DNA of 64,000 nucleotides from Aplysia californica (Eukaryota), in assembly GCF_000002075.1 (NCBI RefSeq), contig NW_004797271.1, positions 5,626,237 to 5,690,236 of the forward strand, read 5' to 3'. Numbering within the stretch: position 1 is the first letter of the stretch; each line of letters starts with the position of its first letter. Both the position numbers and the translations under genes were made by a program. The notes under the pieces were generated by a model. It did not search any database. It saw only the letters and a program-made list of their open reading frames with translations, and was not told the origin of the DNA. Positions 39,301 to 51,300 of the stretch are shown here, piece after piece.

Positions 39301-42300
39301 GAGAAAAAGAGAGTGAACGAGGGGGGGACCAAATGCGCCAAGAGATAGTTCCACAACATCATTGCTTCAAAATTATATTCTGATTCTCTGATTTTCAAAC
39401 TCTCACATTTGCACCCCTCCCCTTCAAACACCACCCATTTTTTTTTTTTTACTCTTTGCAGTCCCATCTCGCAAATCGGCAATGTTTACCACCCAGTTTC
39501 TTTGGAATTTCCCCAAAATGCCTTTGACTTTGATGGCAAGGGATTTTACTATATCTTACTATATTATGCAGGGTGACTGCCAACCCGGCTTCCGTATTTT
39601 GGTGTGAATTTGGTATTTCAGTCTGTTCTTACTTATTTATATTTTCTCCCCCCCCCCATTCGCCTTATAATACAAACTGTATAAAAATGAATTCGGTATT
39701 GAGCCTGAGAAAGGGCCTAGAACCAGAATATCGACTGTCAAGAACCAGTCTGAGTGTCATGATTCGTATAATAAACGTGAAAGACCTACTCAGCGTGATA
39801 CTTGTAAGAACTGTAGGAGGGCGAAAATCTGCAAATCTTAAACAGAAAGCTAAAATATAAGTACGATCTAGTCATCCACCGAATGAAACATGAATCTTTT
39901 TGTTAAAAAACAAGGCTTACAAAGTATGACGGATCCCGATTCAACACAAAGCCTGCACCAACGAGCGTTTTGCACAGAGCTCTGTAGTCTCTATAGTACC
40001 GCAATCAAAATTCTTTGCTTTCCAAGTTAAGTTTTTGTCGTCTGGTGTTGCCTTCAACCTCGCCCCGCCCCCCCCCTCCCACAAGTGTATCTTTTAAAAA
40101 AATCAATAATTCCCCCATTCTGGAGCCCTATACTTCACAGCGTTTAGAACTTGAATGAACTTTGGTGACCCCAACACTCACCAGTAGAAAATCTACTCAC
40201 AATGTGATGCTCAAGTTCACTGATTGGTCCCGATGGCAAGCCCGACAAGACGCTACAAGTGACAGCACAGGACAGATATTGATTTATTTTCACAGAGACA
40301 CGGAGTTCATAATGCACAACCTGCATGTTACAAATGTTGCATTATCAAACCATTACCGGCAAATTTCTCGGTGGTAACAAAAGTGAAAGTAGACCTTTAT
40401 TTTCCCGATCGAGTCTCTGTATCATACAAACACTTCCGCCTGCTGCCATAGCCGCCTGTACTAGTGAAACGCTCTCTCAGACAGGGAAAAGCCGAACGAA
40501 TATCACAATTGTGACCGCCAAAAATGAACGGACGTTATCAGATTTGGTTTTATGTACTTTCTCGGGGCAATTTACAGATTTCCTCAAATTTCCGGGTCTC
40601 CGCGATTTTTTAATTCCCCGGGCATGGCAGTCACCCTGTATATGAGCCTTGTTATGGCAAAGTGTTAAAGAGAGAAATTGTACATCAAAAGTAAAAAACA
40701 GAATACCCCCCCCCCCCCCCCAACTATACAAAAACAGTAGACAAAAAAAAAAAGCCATTAAAAAAGGCTTAATTCTAAGGAAAGAGAACCTACCAGTAAA
40801 ACAAACTGAAACATTATGACCATCTCTTGAGTACTCTTACCTCTCTCTGTTTGGCTGCAATTCTCTTCCTTCTCTTTTCTTCTGCTCTAGCGGCAGCTCT
40901 TGTGGAGTCTTCCAATTTCTTATTTGACATCACTTTTCTGATTTTCTTTCTCTTCCCAGCTTGACTAGAATTAGGATCATCCTGTGAGAAGAACCAACAC
41001 AAATATTTCAGGCAATTATAAACTAAATATTTTTATTTCTCATTTTCTCGAAAATAAAAACCACTAAACTGTAAAAGTCACACCAAATATATTTCTTGCA
41101 TCAAAATGTGTTTCAGAAGCTTTGAAATAACAGTAGTTCTAATACAGTAAAGATGAAAATTTTCAACTTATGTTAGTATGCATTTTCAAACGTCTCTAGT
41201 ACGAAAATTATACAAGAAGATATACTCAAACCCAAAGTTAGCACAAACCATAAGATTTAATCAACTAGTTTTGAATATTATGTAATAATATAAGAAGTTT
41301 CAGAACAAGAAAAAAAGTTTTGGGAGACAGGAACAGCAGTAAAATAACAGAAATGCTTGACAAAGAAACCATACCAAAAAAAATTTAATTATTATTTCTT
41401 TTTTAAATTGCCACCAACTGTAACAATATTGTGTGCACTAAGACGAAAATGTTCATGTAAAGAAAAAAACAGCTACTTGTAATGCCATTGTGTTCACAAA
41501 AAAATACAAAATTTAAGAACATGTCAGGCGGAACATGTAGAAAGAAAAAATACCACTTACATCATCTGAATCACTGCCCTTTTCACCATCTTCATCAGAT
41601 GAATTGGCTATTTTCTTTATCCTTCTCCTTTTCTTTCCTTTGCCTTTTTTCTTCTTTCCCCCTTCTTCCTCCTCATCATCATCCTCCTGTTCTTCATCTT
41701 CCTCATCATCATCACTACCCTTTTTCTTCTTTTTTCCTTTCCTCTTCCTTGGTTTCTTCTTTCCCTTCTTTTTGGATTTGGGCTCACTGTTGTCTCCATC
41801 TTCGTCACTATCCTTTTCACTTTCCTCTTCACTAGGTAGATCAGACTCTATACTAGAACCTGAAGAGGAGCCTTCTTCGCCAGTTTTAAATGTTTCATCT
41901 TCCTCTTTTTTCCTGAAACAACAAGACCACAATTGAATTAATTTCTTGATGAAGAGAATACTATTCAAAACTAAAGCTTAAACACAACCTGTGTTTTAAA
42001 AAAGAGAACCTCGGCCAATAAGGTTACTAACTATTCATGAGAAAAAAAGAAAAACACTGAAAAGTTAGGGGTACTCCACAAAAGAGCACCCATCATCCAC
42101 CTAAATTAACTTACACCATCAATCTACAACAGGAGAAAAACTATTCGGACGTCCAGGTAACTGGTAAGTTCCACTTAGTCCACTTCCAGGGTCCCCACCA
42201 AATCCTGGAAAATATTTTCAAGACCCCCACATTTTTTTCAAGACCCCAATTCGAGGGAAAAATCAGGCCGCTGCGCGTCAAGAATGATCCCCAAAAAAGC

Positions 42301-45300
42301 CAATCTATCAAAGATAAAAAGTTAAATATCTATAAATGAATGCAAATGTACATTTTGTAGTATAGTCCTCAAACTATAGATGACTATAATACTGGGTGAC
42401 TGCCAAACCAGCTTCTCAATTTTCCAAGGTAGGGGCCTCATCCATTTTCCAGGAACACGTTACATAACAATGAAAGCGTGTGCTCCATTTATATCTAATA
42501 TAATACATGTATATGTTTGTGAATACACACACACACACACATGTAGGTACATTATATCCAGTCAACAACATGTCAGTGTGGCACTGGGATCTTGAGACAC
42601 TTTGGTGTTTCAGTCTGTTCTTACTTATTTATATTTTCCCATCATCATATTAGCCAACATAACAAACTATAGGCCCTATATAAAAAAATGAATCCTGTTT
42701 TGAGCCTGAAAAAAGACCTAGAACTAGAAAATCGACTGTCAATAACCAGTCTGGGTGTCACGATTCATATATTCATATAATAAACGTGAAGACGAAAACC
42801 ACTGCTGCAACTCAAAGTAGAGTAATAACTAGAATGGCTCAAGTACACCTATTCAGTGTGAGAGGTGTAAGAACTGGGGGGGGAGAGGCAAGATGCAGCG
42901 ACACTGAAAATCTGCCAATCTTGAACAGAAAGCTAATAAAATATAGATATAAATTACAATCACCCCATCCAATGAAACGCGAACACTTTAGTTCTACAAC
43001 AAGGCATGACGGATCCTGATTCCACACAAGGCCTGCATCAACGCGCGCTTTGCAGAGAGCTCTAAAGTGGTAATCAAAATGCTAAAAATGTGCTTCCAAG
43101 TTCAGTTTTTGTCCTCTAGCGTTGCCTTCAGCCCCCCCCCCCCCTCCATCCCCTTCCACGAGTGTATCTTATAAAGGAGTCCTATTCTTCACAGCACTCA
43201 GACCGCCGGTACTCACAGGTTCATTGACCGGTCACGAGGGCGAACCTGTCAAGATGCTTGTATAACTTCTTTTTCTTTTTTTTTTTCCACAAGCGACAGC
43301 AGAGGGCAATTTTTAATATTGATTTATTTTCAAGGCGACACAGCAGCGTTCATAATGCACAACCTGCATGTTACAAATGTTGCGTTATCTATCAGACTAT
43401 TACCGGAAAATTTCTGGGTGGTAACGAAAGCAGATCTTGATTCTTCCCGATCGAGCCTCCGTGTCACACATACTTCCGTCACAGCGGCTCAATTACGTTT
43501 CCTCTTAAGGATTCATCAACCATACAGTCTAGATAGCTGCACATTACACAGGCCCTATACTTTCCTGACTTACCGACCCATCACAAAATTCCCGACTTTT
43601 TCCCGATTTCCCGACCCCGTGGGGACCCTGCACTTCATTGTTTTCTCTCTCAGCCCCATGAATCCCCCCCTTGAAAACAGATATGGGTAAAACTTAATTC
43701 TACCAAAGAGAGAAAAAGCCCGAAACAGCTACACATTCTCTTCCAATTATCTCCACGACTTTGTCACAGATACAGAGCTTTCCACTGAGAGCAATGCATT
43801 TAAAAGACCAGACTAGAGCACAAACAAAATACCTGCAAAATAATGTTTTAGTGAGAAATGAATCCATCGTTACAAGGACACATCCAATTGAACAGAAGAT
43901 TTTCTTTAAAAGGGTATTTTTAGGCCCTCACCGACACAATTTAGATCACTCAGGAGGTGGGCTTCCGAGCCTGTCTGACAGGGCCAACCACAGCAGAGAG
44001 GGATACAAGAAAGATCAAGATACTCAATAATTCTCCCCACCTAGGAATCGATCTTGGGTCTCCTGTGTGCAACAATGAAGCATCAAACTGCTACACCATG
44101 CAGATGCTGTTGAACTGAAGATAACAGTATCACCAACGAAGCTCTACAGCTACTTTAATAATTGCTTTCACAGAATGTCATGTTGGCTTTACAAGAGGGG
44201 ACAACAGTGAACTGACAAGACAAACAGCTCTTCTATGCTGTCTAGAATGTTTTACACTAGACATACATGGGTAGGAGAAGGTATAAAAGAACCCGTATTT
44301 TTAAAACATTTCTGACCAAGCACACAGGATTCGAACACCAGTCAAAAAGATTTACAGAAAGAAAAAGTTGTCCAGCTAACTGTGATTGTTGAAAATATAT
44401 TGAATACTCACTTTTTCTTTGACTTGCCAATGTCAGAGTCACTGTCAGACAGTTTGGTATCCAGCAACTTGCTACGGATTTGTTTTTTTCTCCCAACAGG
44501 AGAGTCACTGTCATCATCATCATCATTTTCCTCCTTTTCATCATCCTCTTCATTCTGTGAACTCGTTTTCTTTTCATCTTTCTTCTTGGATTTTTGTGGT
44601 TCATCTGAAAAACAGCAACCAAATTCTTAAGCTTAAAGAATCTGAAACGACAACTTAAAAGGGCAAAATAGCAATGCTGAAAAAATGGACAAGAAGAACT
44701 TCCAAGCATATTAGTACGCCAATATGGCGGAAAAGTAAGCTGTGATCAAGAGCCTGCACAGTCGTATTAATTTATAGAGAATTCCCCATGTAACAAAGAT
44801 ATTTAAACACCGATGGCAGGGGGGCTCTCGTGGCCTAGAGGTTAAGGTGTTGGCCTCTCATTCAAAGGTCCCGGGTTCGATTCCGGGTAGCGACCAAAAA
44901 ATTTTCTTCTCTATAATTGTCTCCTTTCACATCCTTTCCTGATCTCTAACAATGTTCTATTGTCTGCTTTCATTTCCACTTTCTGCCCCCACCCCCTCAC
45001 CTCCTTTGCCCCCTCATCTGGGCTCCTGACTCTTTCTGCAGCCTTTCTACTGCTACTCCTTGGCTCCTCCTGCTGTCGTCAATTTATAGCTAGTATTTGA
45101 ATAATTTCAGTTCTTACAAACGCCTGCCCATTAGGAATTCAATTGTTGAGTTCACTTAAATTCACACGTTGACGAGATTGATGATTGAAAAAATGGATAA
45201 GATTCCAAAGCACACTTCAATCCTTGTATACTTAACATGCAGTAAGAAAATCAGAATTGAATTTTTTAAAATGAAAAAAAAATTCACTCTGAAATACTGC

Positions 45301-48300
45301 TGTTTGCAAGCCCAATTAACACTTCTCCTACTGCAAGCCACATTTTGAAGCCTCGCTGGACCGAGAGCAAAAATACGGCTTGAGTGGCTTGCTATCTATT
45401 CCAATCCAGTAAAGAAAAGACACAAAATTCTCTGCAGATCCACATTTTCGAAATAATGAAATAGACTTCCTGTCAGCAGATATGAAAGAAAATATAGCAC
45501 TGAGAGACGATTTTAAGTAATTTCAGCGCTTTTTTTCTATCCCCTTAGAAACGTAAAAACGAAAATAAAAGTGCTCCCCTGACTCCAGCACATGTCTCAA
45601 ATGTTCACTTCTATGATAGGTACACATACATAGCTTTCAGCATTTCTTTGCATTACTTGAGGCAACCTACCTCAGAAGTTTGACTGATGCTGTTGTTGTT
45701 TTTTTAGATATGACCTTTCAAAGCTGGAAAATTGTTGATTTCATATGACACCTGACATTGCATAATCACTTTTTGAAACCCCAAACTCATTTTATTGGAA
45801 TAAACCTTCAATATTGCATCAACGTCTGACAGAGTATTTTTTAACCTTCAGTTTGATGGGCCATATGATATGGTTTGTGTGTGTTTAGTTGGATTTTTCG
45901 ACATTTTCCTTTGGTGGGGTAGGGGCGTCAAAATAGGTCAGGGAAAAGCCCTGGACCAGTGGTGGATTTTGGCCTGGTAGGAAGAGAGTTTAAATGCACT
46001 CACCAAATTCATCAAGAGATGAATCATCACTGTCTTTGTCATCTTCTTCAGCTTTATCACTGTCCATTTCATCCAACAGTCCATTTTTAGCCATTTCGTT
46101 TTCTTCATCAACCTCCTAAAGGGAACAATGAAACAAAATCTAAATAAGCAGCTAAATTTTTATAATAATCAAAACACAAGAAACAGTGTTATATAAGGCA
46201 CGATACTATTGTGATAAAGAAAGTATGTGGTCTTAGAATTAAAATTGGAGTCATGAGGTCTCAAACTCTTAACAGTATCTTTCCTTTTTCTTATATTTGT
46301 TTAAAAACTCAAAACATCACCATGAACACTTCTCGTATCAAATTTTACCAAAGTTTTGAAAGGCAGCTAAATGTTCAGAACAGGAAGAATGCTCAGCATC
46401 AAAGCCACCAACGCGAAGTGAGTTGTAAAAGAAAGCCCCTTGATAACATTCCCTAAAAACATTCACTTTTCACCTCTTAAGAGCACCGTATTTGTCAGCA
46501 CTCTTCTGCCACAATCATCTACACAGTAAGAAAAATATTTTTTAATTACGAAAGAAGAAAGCACCAGCATCATACCAGTCCGTCTTGTTGTTCCACTGGT
46601 TCCTCCAAAAAGAAAGTAACTTTAGGCTCATCTTCATCATCCTCCTCCTCTTCCTCATCGATCTCATCATTTTTGGCATCATCCCCATCTGATGACAGAT
46701 CTTCAAAATCCATGTTTTTCTTGGAACACTTGGGACCTGGACAAGATAAAACATTTCTAAAAATCAGAATTCTTTTATCATGGAGACTTCAAACCTTTTC
46801 CCATCAAAACGTTCTTTGAAATACAACAATAAAAGACACAGGAAAAAGGTCCTTTACAAGCCAGACTGCTACCTCATCTCATCCCTCTCCAATCACATCT
46901 CAACTAAAAGGACACAGGAACAAATTAATCATTTTCAACACCTACAGGACCAGCCTCACACTTGACTTTCAGTTCCCCAGGACCAGAGCTAAGTAAATTG
47001 CTCCTCCATCAATGATAACTGGTTTCAGATTTGTCTTTCACAATTTTCTTCACAATTTGAAGATTTTCGATCCAAATAATCAATGTCATTGTCTAAGTCA
47101 ACACTGTCTCTGCTCATAAAAATTTCATTGAGCACTTCAGGCTTGGTGAAATACCTTTTCTAAACTCATTTTATTGCTTTCCCCATTTAATTGCTATGAA
47201 TCTGAAGCAAAATATCTAAATTGAACTAATCACTGGGTTGATGTAACCGAAAATATGTTTGCAGAAACATCGGCCGTCTTTTGTTTGGATCTAGGTCATT
47301 TCACTCGCATGTATACTCATTCGCTGTCCTGGGGAAGTAGCTGAGCTACCCAAGTATACTCGTACGCGGTCTCATAGGTTTTGAACTTCTCAGCAGAACT
47401 CCACCCACCCAGGAGATAAAATCTCAACAGCATTCAAATTGGAAATGCACATACAGTTGAACGTGCCCTAGCGGTCACCTGACCAATACAATCTCTTGAA
47501 CAAAAGTTACATTTCAACCCCCCACCCCGCGCATTTTAAAAAACATTATGACACTGTCCTAGACTTCTGCCCAACATAACCACTTTTCTCCTCGACAAGA
47601 GGGACCCTCTCGGAAGAGCACCTGTATCTTTTCATCAAGTCTCACACTTGGAAATACTGACTAGCCCCGACATTATTACCATAGGAAAGACGCATTTCAT
47701 CATCAATCTAGTGGACAAACATAAACATTAAAAAAAGGAGTAGATTACATCTTGCAACGCAAACTAATCAGCCTCATGAACCAAAAAACCACACTGGAGG
47801 CAAACTGAGAGGATACATCGTGTGGACAGCTCATATGAAAATAGTAGGCAACTCCACGAAACTTAAAATTAATACAAAAATTATTTTTTTTTTAAATTTC
47901 TTTTAAATTTGTCTTATTTAGCTCTTTCACCACTTCAAATGTCAGTTACGCACTGATCAAAATATTACACCAATATGGTAGAATTCTATCACCACACTTT
48001 TTCTAAAAACATCCGACTAATTTTTTTTCCAGAAACATTATCTTCACTTATAGTTGCTACTAAAGCCTTGACAGTGTACATACGACACAAGGAAGAAAGA
48101 CTTTTTTAAAAATACAAGCCAACTTACCCGGTTTATTTCTTTTGGCAGGTGGCTTGGACGTCTTTGATTTGACTTCTGAAACATCCTCTTCTACTTCCTC
48201 TGGGGTATCTTTTACTTTCCTCTTTCTCATGACTGGCATCTTTGACAACTTTTCAATTTCCTTTTCATCTTCATCCTCCTCCTCATCCTCCTTAGCATTT

Positions 48301-51300
48301 TTGCTGTCACCCTTGCTGGCTTTTCCATTACTCTTAGGCTTTGACTTCACAGCAGAAGAAGCTGCTGACTTTGGCTTGTCAGTCCCATTTGCCACTGGCT
48401 TCTTACTTACTTTCGATACCTTTTTAGTCTCCTTTGCAGGTTTCTGGACCTTCTCCTTAGAGGCTGTCAACTCTTTTTCTGAAAAAAAAAAAAAAAAAAA
48501 AAAAACCCCATAAAAACTCTAAGTAGAGGAAATAATGAGCACTATAAAACTGAGTATCTAAGAGACACTACACTTTATTTAGAGGGAAATGAATCAGTGT
48601 CACAAGAACCGACAAAGGGAAAGTGATTTTCACTAATGCAGCATAGATATATCCTATAACATGTCCTAGTACACAACTACAGTACTTCCATGACGATAAT
48701 GACAAAAGAACAGGAAAGATAAAAGTAGATTAGAATGACCTGCCCACCACTACAGGCTTGTCAACTTTTTTAAAAATCCACAACATCAGATTATGTAACA
48801 ACCAACAAATTCACATCTTTGGTGGAGAGTATGTGATAAGGCTCTCAAATTCCCAAATCCGGGACAGTCCCTGGGAATTCTGGACAATTGGCAAGCCCGA
48901 AACTAATAACCTAAAAAGGACCTGATAATGTATCATATCATGTTATTTTTACAAACACCCCTAGGAGCTGGTGCTCTGTTTGGAAATTGAAAAAACGTAA
49001 TGACACAAATTTATCAGAGGTGCCAACTGACTACCAAACAAAAACAACCCCCCCCCCCCAATCCCCAAAGTCAAAAATTAATCCTGTACTTTTCGAAATG
49101 GCCAAAAATGAGCATGTGGGATCCCAAAATTAAAATCTATATTTATAAAATGCCCTATATCTCGGAAACTCAAGAATTATCCAGAATTATCCGTAAAATC
49201 GGCACCTCTGATTTACATACATGCATCTGCTATTTGTGCACTGATGGAAGACACTCTTATTTTGGGCTTTTTTTTATCTAAAAAAATATTTAAACCAACA
49301 ACAAGTAAAGCTTCTCACAACATCGATGCAGTATAAAATCAAACCCATGACATTGCAGAGCAACTAAGCTGTAGTTGCGCTCAAAAGTATCACTTTCACC
49401 TTTTGGAACATCTGAATTGCACACCATCTCAAAAAAGACTTTGGATCTTATTTCCGAATTTAATGTCTTTAGCACTACCATCTCTCTCCTCCATGTCCAC
49501 ACAACAAGGGTGTTTTCCACCCCATGTACGTATTCGTTATTCTGTGAGATACTCACTGTTCTTTTTCTTGCGACGTGCCGAAGTGGAAGTGCCAACGTCA
49601 TTGTCATCAGAACTCATGAGGACATCAGAGCTAGAAGCTTCATCATCACTAGCAGCAACAGAGTCTTTGGCTTGCTCCTCATCGGCTTTTTCCTTGTCTT
49701 TGACTTGGTTTGAGTCACTCCCATCAGAGACCTTTTCAAAATCACTACGTGCATCATCATTCTCATCATCCTTTTCTTCTCCTTTTGAGCTCTTTTCTGA
49801 AGAGTTGCTTCTTTTTTTTGCCTTTTTAGGCGTCTTCTTGAGTCTTGACTTGTCTTCCCCCGAAGAATCACTATCCCGAAATTTCCTTTTTGATCTTGAA
49901 TTGGAAGCTACCTCATCCTCAGCTTCACCATTGTCACTTCTGTCACTAACAGCCTCTTCCTCCTCTTCTTTTTCACCATCTCCTCCATCCTCTTTCTCCT
50001 CAGCTTCCTCATTGCTCTTCAGCATTTCATCTGCAAGCTCTTTGATCAGATCGAACTTGGCTGCCATGTTTTCCTCATCTTCATTATCACAAGAAGCACC
50101 TGCATCATTTTTGTGGGATGCAACCTCCCCATGTGGACTACTCACACCATTTTCAGACCAACTGTCTTCACACAATAGTTCTGTAGTGTCAGCACCTGAA
50201 GGCACACTGTCTTTTTCAGTTTCAGATGGTTTGCCTGAAGCTTCCAGAACGTCTTTAGATTTAGACTTTTTTGTAGTCATCTTATCTTTCTCTATACCTG
50301 TCTCTTCACTTTCTTTGTTTTCTTTCAACTTCTTAGACTCAAGCTTATCTTCCTCTCCACTTTCTTTACCCTCTTTAAACTTCTTGGAATCAACCTTATC
50401 TTTCTCTCCACTTTCTTTACCCTCTTTAGACTTCTTGGAATCAATCTTATCTTTCTCTCCACTTTCTTTACCCTCTTTAGACTTCTTGGAATCAATCTTA
50501 TCTTTCTCTCCACTTTCTTTACCCTCTTTAGACTTCCTGGAATCAATCTTATCTTTCTCTCCACTTTCTTTACCCTCTTTAGACTTCCTGGAATCAATCT
50601 TATCTTTCTCTCCACTTTCTTTACCCTCTTTAGACTTCTTGGGATCAATCTTATCTTTCTCTCCACTTTCTTTACCCTCTCTAGACTTCCTAGACTCAAT
50701 CTTATCTTTCTCTACACTTTTCTCACTGGAATCCTTACTTTCTTTCTCTTTCCCAGCTGTTCTGGAAAGTGACAGACGTGTGCTCCCTCGTTCATTTGTA
50801 ATACTTTTGAGGCTTTCGGATTCAGTACTCCCCTTTTGAAGAGATGACACAGACTTATGTGATGACTGATTTTTTTCCTTTGGCTTTGGTTTACTAGAAT
50901 CATCATCAGAGTCATCACTCAGAGAGTCTAAACCAGTTCTGTTTCGTGTCCTTCCCCCTGATTTCTTTGCAGAGTTAGGCAAATCCTCAGAGCTTCTGCT
51001 GCTCACCCGATCCTGCCTACTGTCGCTGTCTGTTCCATTCATAGAAACAGGTGACACTTTTGAAGAAACATTCTCAGCCCTAGACTTGGAAGAAGTAGAA
51101 GAAGTGAATGGCAATCTCGAAATCGTTTTTCTTCCAGCAGTGGCCTTCTCCGCACTGTTGCTTTGCTGCTTAGCACTAGCACTGGTCAGAGATTTTTCAC
51201 CATCTTCTTGATGTTCACTGGTTGTTGTCGCACTTTCGGACTGCTCCGCAGAATCAGCACCCGTTTTGGTGTTAAAACTGTCCTGAGCTTGCCCTTTACT

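Noticed and set aside
44820-44895. tRNA gene
   Set aside because: The tRNA-like head continues into a SINE body repeated at 61415; the acceptor stem does not pair fully
49403-50839. 478-aa plus-strand ORF
   Set aside because: Antisense shadow of the K/E/S-rich repeat in ATRX exon 7; same for 41604-41936 and 48142-48513
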